DNA of 64,000 nt from Intoshia linei. Taxonomy: Eukaryota > Animalia > Orthonectida. Numbering within the stretch: position 1 is the first letter of the stretch; the number at the start of each line of letters is the position of its first letter. The notes under the pieces were generated by a model. The model made no database searches, was not told the origin of the DNA, and saw only the letters and a list, made by a program, of their open reading frames with translations. The stretch spans positions 1 through 64,000 of the forward strand of contig LWCA01000011.1 of the NCBI GenBank assembly GCA_001642005.1, given 5' to 3'. Below, piece after piece: positions 1-13,099 of the stretch. The position numbers and the translations under genes are program-made.

Positions 1-454
1 GAAAATTAAAAAAAAAGATTATTCTGATAGAGCTTATTCCAGTTGATATAAATAAACATTTCAACCCGATAAATCTACGCATTACCGATGAAAAATAATT
101 TTTAATATATTATCAACCAATACTTTTCAAATATTTCGATTAATAAAATAAAAATTGTAAATGTAAATATTGATCCTACAATTTCAAAAAAAATGTGTCT
201 ACACATTTATAATAAAGAAATATGGGTGAAAATCTATATAATTCATTCCTTCGCAATTTTTTTCAGTAAAAATTAATGTAATATGATGGTTCCACCTGAA
301 ACAAGTTTGGGAACCACTCCTTTAAACGATTGATAATACTGAATAATTGGATTAAGTTAGATTTTCAACGTGAATTTATTTTTTAAGTATAATAAAAATG
401 TGCCCTCGGTAGAGCTAGGTCCTGTTTGTACGTAGTACATAACAGTCAACCTGG
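1..454 (+). mobile_element. Non-autonomous Helitron, 3' half (truncated by window start)
   Basis: Homologous to the reverse complement of 32768-34122 and to 58300-58480. Ends GTGCCCTCGGTAGAGCTAG...GTACGTAGTAC...ACAGTCAACCTGG|T, a variant of the CTAG terminus. Confidence 0.75.
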
Positions 455-617
455 TATATTTATATATCGTATGCATCCTACAATTTCTGTTTTTATCATT
501 ATTTTATTTTCTTGTGAATTGACGCAAGTTTAAAATAATGCAGAATACATTTACTTTTAAAAATATCTAGTGGTTTTAAGTTTAATGAACGTATAAATAA
601 AACCTGTTTATTAAAAC

Positions 618-1804
618 ATGCTTAAAATGATTTTGATAAATAAATTATTTGGTATAATTGAGGTACCGTTAATATATGCATTACTGATAATTTTACATTA
701 TTTTGAAAAAATTTATAATGTAGTGTGTCAAACCAAGTCATTCATCACGAATACTGTAAATAGTGTAACGAATTTGAAAGAGAAAAAAGAAATTGCGTCA
801 GATTGCGTAAATTAGTGAAATATGATTTAAATTTTAAATATAAATAGGCTATAAAAAATATTGAAAATAATATTGATACCATCATCAACAAAAATGAGCA
901 ACTGGATGCAGACGTGATGGATTTAAAAAGTAATTTTTAACAAAATTAATAAATATGTCATTATATTACAATATTTACGTTTTATAGACAATTTAAATAA
1001 ATTGCTCAAACCAAATTACAATTCAAAAGAAAAAGATTTTAGTCAATGGTGTTCTAAAATAGAAACAGATATACATGAATTGAAAAATATTTGTGAAAAT
1101 CGGAAAAAATTGAACGAAATCGACTCTGTTCAATTAAGTTGTAAAGTTGATAATGTGTAATTTTTTTAAAATCAAAATTAATGAACCAAAAATTAGTCAT
1201 AAATTATACAATAAGCAAATTGAGGATATCAAGAGTGGAATGAAAAAATATGAAAATCAACATAGTTTAGAGTGCTATATTTTATTTTTATTTTTTTAGA
1301 AAAACTATCAAATGATTTTGATTATTTGAAAAGCGATTCAAACTCGGTAATTTTCATAATTTTGACAAATTATATAATAAAATTAACAGACCAGTAATCC
1401 CATTGTAGAAAGTTTACGTGATAAAGTTTATAAACAAGAAGAAAAAATTGAAAAACTAGAAAAAGCATTAAACTGCATGACAAAAGGTGATTAAATTTGT
1501 CGTTTGTTATTTATAATAAAAATTAATGTTTTGTAATAAATTAGTTGTTTATTCATCTCATATCTTATGTATTTAGAAAAAGAAAATTATGGTTATAATC
1601 AATTATTAAAAACACGTTTAAGTGTATCTACAGAACTTAGCAATACGGGTTTATATTTTGATAATAATTCCAACTAACCAAAAAAATCAATTTTAATTAA
1701 CTTAATGTAAATTAAATAATTTGGAAAATTTAGATATTAGCGACGAAGAAATGTCCTTAAACAGCTTAACCTCCAATTCTTCTGATAATTTATTTTTAAT
1801 ATAA
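618..1804 (+). CDS. Multi-exon orphan protein with N-terminal hydrophobic segment and coiled-coil region
   Basis: ATG at 618. About 8 exons are joined in frame by short GT-AG introns (e.g. 807-848). Coiled-coil-like segment ESLRDKVYKQEEKIEKLEKALN. Stop TAA at 1802-1804. No family recognised. Confidence 0.6.
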
Positions 1805-1878
1805 ATTAAAATCAGTTTATCTCTATAATATAATATGATAAATAATAAATAAACAATATGACTGACTAAATAATTAAA

Positions 1879-4800
1879 TTAATCTTTTGCTGATAATATT
1901 TTGAAAATAATGTCAACGAGATTGTTCACCTAAAACTACATATTATTGTTAATTTTAATAAAACCTCTTTTATGTTTCCTGTAGCATCAATAGATTTAAC
2001 TAGATTTTGAGATGTGTAATGTTTTACAACAATTTTGGTTTGGTTTTCGTAGGTGATAATCCTATAATTCATGATTACAGATTTACAATTAATACCTTTG
2101 TCTTAAAGATTCCGCATTGTCGTCACTTCTGCCACTCCCTAATTGGCCCCGCTTCAAACACCTGTTGACACAAGTCTAAATAAAATGGAATTGAACAATT
2201 TCAAATGAACCTCTTCATCGCAATCCAAAAGTAGAATAGCTTGGACGTTAGATACTTCGTTCATAACCTTATTCCACCCATCTATGTTATCTTGATTTCT
2301 TGGAAATCCATCAATTAAAAAATTCTTTTGATTATTTTTTTCATTAAATTGTTCCATAGCCTAATAACTTAACAATGATAAATTATATCAAGTAGTGATA
2401 TTATTTGTTATTCATCTAAGACGTAGATTCAACAAAATAATTATCATTCAAAATTCAATCACTTAAAAGTCTAAGTCTTAAACGAAGGTAATATTATAAA
2501 TAAAAGAATTACAATTTTCAGTAAATTACAGGTAATTTCCACAGGTACTAAATATATGGTAATTAAATTCAAATATAAAAGATACCTATAGTTCCATTAA
2601 CAATGTGTCCACTTATCAGGTCTTTATATTTAGATTGTGTTTTTTTCATTTCGGCGCGTAATAAATCTCCAGCAGATAAATGAATGTAGTTATATTTCTA
2701 AAACTTTGATCAATATTTACTATTGGTTATCAAAAAATAATAATTAGACCTACAATAAAATAAACTCCCTTATGACTAAGTGTATAGTGTACTTAAGCCA
2801 AGTCGTGACTAATTTTTTTTAAATTCTTAGGAAAATTATCTTAATTTTGTTGATTTTTTGGTATATATCAACAGTAGGTGAATGGTCATCATCATAGGCA
2901 ACGTGAGGTATAATATATATATAAAATCAGTCAGACATAAGAGTTGCATTTAGGATTATTGTTTATAGAATTTAGTTGATTGGACATATGTTGGAATTAC
3001 TGATGTACAGAATAAAAAATTTATCGCTTAACGTAAAAAACCGGGTTTCAAAAATGGGAAATATCGTTCTCCTGGGCAGAGCTGTCTTAAGCCACTTCGG
3101 GGCCCTGGGCTAAGCAAAGGGCCGGGCCTATAAAATTTTGAGCGAAGCAATAAAAAAATTTAGGTCCCTGTTTAGAATACAGGGGATAATGTTGGTTGGA
3201 GGCTAAGAGTTTTATTTCATTGAGTATTAATAAAAGCATTAAAAAATATTATGTAGGTTTTTAGTAACTTATTTATTTTACAAAAATCTATTTACATTAA
3301 TTAATGAACAAAGTTTACTTTTTCATTTGAAAATATGCACCATGCAGTCACAAAAAATTCTTGAGAATTCTTCACAAATGTTGTTTTCTCACTTTTTTCT
3401 AAGGGCTCAACGCTCCAAACAGCGGTCGGACTGTATTGGGAAAAAAATTGGAAACATTATGTATCCACGGTATTATATCGTCGATATATTATATATTGGA
3501 ACAATGGTGGACAAAGTATTAACTTATTACGAGATATATTTGGGTAAAAGATTTTATGATTTTAAAATTTTATTATGACAAAAATTAAAAAATTTCACAC
3601 AATATTTTCACCCATTCATCTCTAAAGCTACTTTACTCATTGATACTACGGCCGCACTTTACTTTGACATTGAGAAAGTTTAAATCCATTTTGAGAAACT
3701 GGGCAAAGTTAAAAATTTAACTTTTCGATACAAATATTTTAAATTGCTTTTGAATAATATCTGATTAAAATTTTTTCAATTTAACGTAAAATGGTATATT
3801 TCATTGGCACAATAAAGCAACCACAAAATTTTAATTAATTTGTATCAAAGCCCAAAGAAGTCGATTCTTCCATTACTATTGCAACTATCATTTTTCATTA
3901 TGATCACATGGATTGCCCACGACCGCTCATAAACCCTCTAACGGCCGAAGGTTGTAAAACCCTGTATATATATTGCAATGTAACAAAAATTGAAAAATTT
4001 CGTTTTTTCACATAAACTATAATTATAGTATTCTGTAACAAGTCATTTTTCGAAAAAGGCTCAAATTTTTTTAATATTGCATCATACTGCATCATAATTA
4101 CATCATACTCGTAAATCATGTACGTTGAAAAATTTAAAAAGAATTTCAAAATTAAATTTCATAATTATGAATACAAATCACCTAACTTTGATTATAACAG
4201 GGGGGTTACGCATGGGAATATACACTTAATTTTTTTTCACCAGAAGAATTACCAGTGGTCATTTCTTAGTCCCGAATTAAACAAATAATTTTTACCACCT
4301 AATTTTACATTCAGATTGGTAAAATGGAAATATTTACATGTGATAATATTTTAACTAATTGATTATGTAAACAGTGTCAAAATTCCAGGTAATTAGTATA
4401 TTCCCAAAAATTTCTATTTTTATTTCTATCTACTGGGTACTGCTAAAAAATTAAATGTAAAAAAATAATTTCTCATGAAATATTGTAAAATATAAAGGAA
4501 TTAAAAAAATTACTAAAAAATACATCTAAACTTAGAAATTTAGTTCCAAGAGTGACGGAAACGTGATACATGGCGACTTTTGACTGGGACACAGAAAACT
4601 TGAAAATATTTTATTATAATGAAAAATTCAAATTGTGGGCCCGATTGTATTGTATATTTTCACTTATATTTTATACACAAAAAATTTATTATTTTGTGAT
4701 ATTTATTTACCCAAAGTAGAAATAATAAAAATCCATTGTCATTAAAATAATTTTAGCTGGTTTTTCTAAAAATATCAGTCTTGTTAATAAATAAATTAAT

Positions 4801-6765
4801 GTAAGGATGTTGTGTAAACATTACATACATACAAATGTACGTGTATATATACAAATATATAACTTGCCACAAAGTATCAAACGATCAATTTATTATATCG
4901 CTTTTTCTAGTACCATTTATGACAATTCACTCATAACATTGTTCAACGTTAAAAACCATCCTTGCCTAAAGCAGCGGTTCCCAAATGGAGTACTGGGACA
5001 CCTAAGGGTACCAGATCATCTGTTATTATGACTCACAAATTATAGATATTTTTTAAATTCCCAAAAATTATAGAAAATAAAAATTAATTTGTAATAATAT
5101 ACTTAGTTCCTTATGTATTAACGTCTATTTGTAGTCTCTTCGATTTTAAGGCTGTATATTAAATATATGTACGTCCCTATTTCGGCAGTTCAATCATTAA
5201 AGATTTTTCATATTCATATTTTCGGTCAAGTAGAGTTTTAACAATTTTTATTTAATTTAGGGGTACCAACTGTGAAGTATGTTGGGAACCGTTGACCTAA
5301 ACCTTGATAGAATAATCTCAAGCAGCTTGCCATTGACAAATTAAAAAAAAATTATAAATAACTATTTAAAACAACCTTTTCCACCATAATACCCCGCGTT
5401 ATAATTACCGGCGTCCAAGGGGAATGAAAAAACAAGAAATGAAATACGGTATTATCCCAGTTCAAAAATGTTGGAAATCTAAATAATTTTAGCTAAATAG
5501 AGAAACAATGACTTTATAAATGAAATACAATACAATTAATTTTATAAATCAATAAATTCTAAAAAAATTTGGCAAGTTAGAAAATGGGCGAATTACGAAT
5601 CGTAAGAATTTTGCGGTCTTTCCAAAAATTTTGGCATAGATGGTGTGCTTAATAAACTTATAAATGAATGGAAATTAATACCTGATCATAGCTGGCGTAT
5701 CAAGGTGAAACTGGTCCCCCTAAATGATATAAATTGTTTTATTCATAACTTAATTCAATTCAATTAACTCAGTTCATTGTACAGATTAAACTTAATTTGT
5801 ATTTTTTAAAATTTGCGTTTTTTAAATTACATTATTATGTATCAGTTAATCCCGAAAAAACTTGAGAATAAGTAAATCAAATTTAAATAATAAATAAAAA
5901 ATGATGTGCAAAATTGATACCACTCTATTTACAACTAATGACGAGGTAATTAATCGGAATTAAGAATCGTTAATTTTTCAAGTATCCAAATAAAATTGTA
6001 CATTGTATTACTGGAATCTTTAAAATTTTTAAGAATCGAAATCGTTTTCATTCAAACCCCAAAACTGAGTAGTAATAAAAGTTTTAATGTGATAAAAGAT
6101 TTTAAAAAGTATATAATAGTGAAGAGCAGCGACTCCTAAATGCAGTTCCGCAGACCATTAGCGGTCTTTATGAACAAATGTAATATAACGATAAAATGTG
6201 GGTAATTTTTCTTAACAATTACATTGTAAGTCTAATGTAAAATTACCGATTATAAAAATTTCATTTTCAAAATAGTTTAGAACCCCCTAAAAAGTGCTAG
6301 AGTCAAATTCTATTTTACTTTTTTCCACATAATTCGTTTGTTAGAAAATATGTCATTATTCAAACATTAAAAATTTAAAAAAATGAAAAATTTAGTCCAT
6401 GACCTTTCTAAATTTTTCAATGTGGTTGGATTCTTAAAAAGGTTAGTAAAATTTACATAATAAATTAACATTGAATGCATACTAAATTAATACCTAAACT
6501 AATTTTTAAATTAAAATTGTAATTTAAAGTTATAATGTAACTTTTACCTAATTATGTATTGACTTAATTTTTTTATGGGTTAATGAATTGGCATATATCT
6601 TAGGGAAACCATAATACCAATGATGATGATTTTTTTGTTTTAAACTTTATAATATATATATAAAATATAAATAAATTAAACCGTTTGAATGTATTTACAT
6701 TGAGAACCTTTTCCGGAACCGGGTCGGCCAATTACGAAAATAACTTGATATATAAATTTACTCAT
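1879..6765 (-). CDS. CMPK1: UMP-CMP kinase (adenylate kinase family)
   Basis: Exon 1 (6682-6765) encodes [23 protein letters not shown] with the P-loop. After a ~4 kb intron come [29 protein letters not shown] and [16 protein letters not shown]. Stop at 1879. Confidence 0.93.
3077..3130. mobile_element. hAT-like terminal fragment
   Basis: CAGAGCTGTCTTAAG followed by a GC-rich GGGGCCC/GGGCC subterminal motif typical of hAT MITE ends. No partner end found. Confidence 0.4.
4972..5294. mobile_element. hAT (Charlie/Buster-type) MITE in CMPK intron 1
   Basis: TIRs CAGCGGTTCCCAA / TTGGGAACCGTTG. Flanking 8-mers GCCTAAAG and ACCTAAAC match 6/8, a degenerate TSD. Confidence 0.75.
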
Positions 6766-7488
6766 GATAGTATTTAGTTAAGATTGGTTGTAGGTTAAAA
6801 ACAATAATTCTTTTATATTTGAGATAAACTTTGTTTGTTAGTTACTATATTAATATTTATAATTAACGTTACAATTAATCTCTTATCCTATACACTAATT
6901 ATTAATCGGATATATAGGATTAAATTGAATTTAAATTGAATTTCATTTGTTTCATGATGGATATTATTTTAATACTTATCCGTTTAAATTAAATACAACT
7001 ACAATTGTGAAACGGTAGTGTTGGATTTGCGAGTTTAGAAAATCAAAGGTGGCTCATGTATTTATAATTTTCAATTAAATTTAATTGAATTTGACGGCAT
7101 CGATTAATGACTACTTTTTCGCGAATGTCGTTGAAATTGAACCGTTGAATTGTATACAAGTCGCATCTTTTTTCAGACAATGTAAATAAATTTGTTAATT
7201 AATTTTTGCAATGAAAAGCTAGTAAAATTGGTTGTAAACAAAGAGGTGGTCGCAAACGACTCAGATGACATTCCCAACTCCATTTATGTCAAAATTTTTA
7301 TTTATTTATCAATTTAATTTAATTTTATCAGCTTTTAAATATTTAGAATCGGGTTTAATCAGCCAATACGGCTTGCATTTGTTTACTCTATAAAAATTAA
7401 ATTTTTAATGTAAATATTGTGTTATCTTCCAACCATATCATGTATTTGTCTTATTTTTCATTATTATTAAAAGTCTGTTTTATAAGTC

Positions 7489-7531
7489 ATCGAAAATCGA
7501 AAATTGGAATCGAAAATTGGAATCGAAAATC
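7489..7531. repeat. Short tandem repeat, 13-bp unit AATCGAAAATTGG, about 3 imperfect copies
   Basis: Seen directly in the sequence. Confidence 0.7.
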
Positions 7532-9211
7532 TGAAATTCAAGTAAAGTTACTAATTTTAGATAACTGTGAATCATAACATGACTAATTCTTTTATTTCAC
7601 CGACAACTGTTTTTATTTCAAATACATTTTTAGAAGTTTTGAAAATTAAGCTTTTTCGGTAAAATTTTATGCTTAATTATTTTTTGAAAAATAAATATTC
7701 TTTTTTAAATAAGGATAATGTTAGAATTTTTAAAATAAGCTTTACTTATAAATTGAATAATAATACCAGTTTTATAAATATTTAATTGTGGTAAATATTT
7801 ACCGTCATATCCAAGTTTAAATCGTTAAATAACATTTTTAGTCATATTTTAATGCATTAAGCTTACAGGTTACCGCTTTCAAGAATCAATCAAATACAAT
7901 TGATTTTAGACACGCAACAAGGTACTGTATCGAATGATTGAATACGCCGAATTCTTTTTGATATTTAAATTTTCCCATACTAAAATCAGTTTTTTAAGCG
8001 ATTTAAGAGGTTTTAAACTAAACTTGATTAGTATTGTTCATCCACTATGGTCTTTAAATTGTTGGCATTTAAAAACATATTGTTCTATTTATCTTGTCTA
8101 ATGTTTTATTTAGATTTCCAATGCAGAGAGTGGGTTCAATTAGTGGATATGGTGCCATAAACAGTTTCAACTATTTGAAAATCATACTACTTTGATCTTT
8201 GAACCAGTTGGCGATTATCATTTAAAATTACACAAAAATGAAATGTCAAATTACCATTGAATATGCGACACCGACTCTCAGTCACGTTTAGATCTATTGT
8301 AAAACTAAAATCAGCTCATGAAGACTGAATTAATTTGGTTTTATTCATCATACTGATTCAAGGATTAGCAGATATGTTGCAGCTGTTATTTGCTTTTTAG
8401 TTTATGGAAATCCAACTTAATGACCTCATCTTTAGCGCAAATGGCATGTTAATAAAACGTGTCCTACATTGGCTAATTATTGTCTTTAAACTATCCGAAA
8501 TCCTTTGATGTATCTGAAATGTAATTGTTACAAATACACTGTAACGGATAGGAGGAGTCTAATCGTCAAGTAACGGATGTGTTAGTACAGAATACAGGCT
8601 ATTGTTGTAGTGAGTGTATTTATTGGTAGCTTTAGCCAATTAACTAGATGAGTCAATCTAGAATCTTAACAAACAATAAATTAAATTTTAATTTTAAAGT
8701 CAAATTGCATTTTTAAAAGTGCCATCAAAATCAATGATGAAATCCGTCTGTTATAGCGTCAACAAAATTTACTGTTTATAATTTTAATTTGACAAAGAAA
8801 ACCAATTTACATGGAAAACACTAATACAAACAACCCCCATCTTGACAATATTAGTAAAGCCTTAGCACGATCTCATTGGGAAACTATATTTATATATCTT
8901 AATTATTCAAAATTGCATAAGGTATATTCTGTGTAAATATTAGCTTTATCAGAATAAATTAAAAGCTACGACGATACTACCAGCTTTATAAACTGAAATT
9001 TCCTTCTGCTGTAATATTATTTGTTTGCTCACCTGTCCTTGTTTGATATTGAAACTACCTTGTTTTACGATATATTTGACAAAATAAATAATTTGCTACA
9101 CATAAATCCAAATAAAATAAAGATAACGACATTCAACATTAAAGTATAAATATTTAACTGGGAAATTAAAAAACAAAAGTTTCATAGAAAAGATCATTAA
9201 TTAAACCTTTT

Positions 9212-11686
9212 ATGATAAATTCTCATTTATTGAAACAAAAAATGACAACAAACTCGGGTACTTACGGCCGAAATAATTCTTCATCTCATATCAACCTTAC
9301 CATACCCATGACTGCGGGTAACGACAATTCATGTGCTGTTAATTCGTCCCTCAACCAAATTACAACACCAAATTTGCAAAACCAAAATAACCAAATACGC
9401 CAGGGTACCTCGTTCAAACCGGGCGGTGACGGTTTTATTGGATCTCCGGGTGGTCAAGATTCCCAAATTTCAAATTTTCCTCCAGATTTATTTGCGTCTC
9501 TCCGACATCACCAATCCCCTTCTCTACATTTGCAAAACGCGCAATACCATTCTCAAATTCCGGGAATAACGTTTATGGGGAATCAATTTTCCAATGTTAG
9601 TTTACCAGATTCATCTGCAAATCAGTATTTGTCATATTCCAACAGTCTTTTGTCAAACACTTTTGAAGGCAACAATGTTAATAATTTGGCATCTATAAAT
9701 GTAGCTATGGCCGCTGCATACCAACAACAGAATAATCACTTTTTGCAGCACAATCAATCTAATTTGCCAATAGCTGCTGCAGCCGCCTATCACCAGAATG
9801 CATTAATAAATCCTAATTTTATATCTTCCAATCAACAGACTGCGCAATCGACCATGAATAGCATTGAAAACAACATCCAAAACAATATGTCATTGTTGAG
9901 TTCTCCAAATTCACAGTTTCAACGAAATTTGTCTCAAGTAGACAACTTGTCTGGGGGAATTTTTTCAGCTGGAATCGACATTCAAAATGACTTGTTATCG
10001 ACATCAAACCTTTTTGGTCAAGTCGGGAGAACTTATGGTACACACAACACATCCACTGCGCCATCAACTTCTTTGTTGAATATAGAAGGTTTGAACGGTA
10101 TAATGAACAATTCACAAGGAATTCAGAATGTTGACTCCAATCGTTTTGATCGTGATTCTTCTGGTGAAAGTGAAGCTATTAGTCCAAACAATTCTGCTAT
10201 GGTTTCACAAACGCGCATAATTTCACCTCAAATCAACCAAAAACGTCGAAACTTACCTATTTCTAAGCCACCATACTCATACATTTCCCTCATAACAATG
10301 GCAATTCAGCAAAGTCAGAATCAAATGTGTACTCTTAGTGAAATATATAATTTTATTATGGATTTGTTTCCTTTTTACCAACAAAACCAGCAAAGATGGC
10401 AAAATTCAATTAGACACAGTTTATCTTTTAATGATTGTTTTATAAAAGAACCTCGAACGCCTGATCGTCCTGGAAAAGGCAGCTATTGGAAATTACATCC
10501 TGATTCCGGTGACATGTTTCAAAACGGGTGCTATTTAAGAAGACAAAAACGATTCAAGTGTCCAAATAAACCAAGTGGTTACATTTCATTTTATAATTTG
10601 ATATATATTTTTAGGATCCGGCAAACCAAGAAATGCAAAATCTTTAAAAATCAATTCTGATCTTCAAGATCAATACATCCAGTCAACCTCTATGAAAAAT
10701 AATCATGGTGGTCATAATTTAGACAACGAAGATTTGATCATTTCGACAAGCAACGTTGTTTATAATGATAATTTGAACATTTCTTTGATTAATATTAAAA
10801 ACGATATGAGAGCAGGTAAAATTTTTTTGATAAATGCAGTAAAATTTATAAATTATTCTAGATGATGAAATGAAAGACGATCCAGTCAATGGTGAAATAA
10901 AAGATTTATCTCAGGAGATTATTAACGATTCCAACATTACTGAAACGGCGCAAAATGAAAACAGTGAAAACATCACATCATTTTATGATTTTAATAACAA
11001 TGTTATTGATGATAATCTGCAAAATAATCCTTTAAATACGTATGCGCGACAAATAACTATGAATGAATTGTACAAGAAAGACGGTGATTGCAAAGTCAAA
11101 CCAAATTACAATAATGGGTATACCATTCCAAACACTTATTCTTTGAACAGTATAATTGAACCAGAAGAAAAAAGTTCAAATTGCAACCAAAATAATGTTT
11201 CAACTTCCATATCGGAAATTTCTAGTACCATACCAAACAATGAAATTTATTCAAAATCCAACATGTCGCATTCAAATTATGATGTAATTACTTCAAATTC
11301 AAACTTGTTTAATTCTATTGAGCAATCGCCTCTTTTGCCAAACTCGGTGGATCCGTATTTTCACCCATCTTCCAATCAGTACAATTACAGTAATCAATTT
11401 ATGAATGACCAGGACAAACAGTACGATACTAAAAATCTCAATTTTTTTATGAATAATCAGAATATTGTTGAAATCCCTGAGAATGGTCAAGTCTCCAAGA
11501 ATGCATCATCCGATCAAATAGACAACAAATACGATATTAATGACGATTTTACAGAAATTAATGAAAAAAATAGTGATGACAGTACCTCCGGTAATATTTT
11601 CATTGTTTTAATTTTACTATATACAATTTTAATTTTACTTTTTAGGTTTTCAAAATTTGATTGATTCTAAACCCGATCAAAATTAA
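9212..11686 (+). CDS. FoxA: Forkhead box A (fork head/HNF3) transcription factor
   Basis: Forkhead domain [15 protein letters not shown]...[15 protein letters not shown]...[29 protein letters not shown] has FoxA-diagnostic wing 2. An eh1-like motif YSLNSII lies at 11137-11157. Introns at ~10578-10615, 10816-10861 and 11591-11645 join ORFs 9212 and 10870. Stop at 11684-11686. Confidence 0.93.
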
Positions 11687-13099
11687 TTATTTACAAATTT
11701 TAACCTGTGATTAATTTCATTAGCATAAAATTATCATGTAAAATTAAATTCTTGTCAGATCCATCATTAATCCAATACCTGTATCCATAAACTTATCCGT
11801 TGTACAATCTCACCGAATTAATTTATATATTTATTAATTTATCGTGTTTTTATATTCTGGTAAATGTTATTTATCATTCAATAAATGTTTTACTTTTATT
11901 TTTTATCACATTTCATTTTTCGTTGAAAATTACTATTTTTAATTAATTGACTACATTCTAAGTTAACATTTTAATTTAAACATTCCACAGCGGTTGAAGG
12001 TCACCAAATTAAATAATTAAAAAGAGATTTTGTAAAATCGAATCAAAAATTTAATACCAAAATAATACATAAATTAATGTTTATATTAGAACACGTAATT
12101 CAACAATATTTTAACTCTATTCTGTATGTAAAGGTTTTCGTTGTTTTAGAATACTTATAGCGTTGCAAACTGGCCTATAATATGTCATTATTTGGAGTTG
12201 TCCTTTATTGTAAAAGTTTTCAGGAACCTTATAAAATACGAAATTACGTATCAATAATTGGATTTGACGCTGTGTTGGCCAATGACTAGGCCGTGGATAA
12301 GGGCATAGGGCTAGGTCAATCAATCATTAGGGCCTACTTTTTAAATTTATTAATAGGTAATGTTGGAAAATTTAGTTAACCATATAATTAAAATTCATTT
12401 TCTTTCAGTAATCTCATAATTAATTAATAATAATTGTCAATTTATCACTTATAAATAACTGGAGAAATAACTTAAAAACTTACCGAATCTACTGGAAAAT
12501 CTGTTCACTTTATATTACATTTACATTGATTAATCTTTATTTAACAAGATAATCCTAATCAATGATTTACCAGCATTTTAATAATTTTTATTGGAAAAAT
12601 GAAAACGTTCTAAAAGTTTCATTAATTAAGGACACATTATCTTTAATTATATAAAGTAAAATGCTTACAAATGTATGTGTTTATTAAGTAAAAGTAAGGA
12701 AATTCGAGTTTTACAAATTCCATATTCTTATAACAGTTTTTGCAGAGTAATGTTTTATCGCAAATTTGAATTTTTTGATATAATAAAGTGGCTCATGAGA
12801 CGCAAAAGGTTGTCGCTCCTGTTATATGCCATGTTAATATGATTTTATCGAAATAATCTTAATGACTTTCATTATATTATTATTCAAATTTATGGTTGAT
12901 TAACCTTGAAATACATTTTTCTACATCAAATATAAATTTGCTCGAAACCGATTTCAATTAAAATGTACAGATTTGTCTAATAATCTAATTGTACTATTAT
13001 TTTTATAATATCATTTATCAATACTTAATTAAAATATAAAACATTTAATAAATAATAATTAACATCTGAATTTCGGCTTATTTTATATACAAATAAACA

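Noticed and set aside
3929-3950. piggyBac-like end TAAACCCTCTAACGGCCG (similar motif at ~50525-50544)
   Set aside because: No intact TTAA site or partner TIR was found, so it is too weak to call.
3327-5031. ORFs 3327, 3904 and 4807 inside CMPK intron 1
   Set aside because: They lie in TE debris, are F/I/K/Y-biased, and show no motifs or exon context.
9333-10115. Overlapping or antisense ORFs 9333..9569 and 9819..10115
   Set aside because: These are shadow frames of FoxA exon 1 with no independent motifs.
11591-11664. Apparent C-terminal transmembrane helix in ORF 10870..11664
   Set aside because: It is read-through into a T-rich intron (11591-11645).
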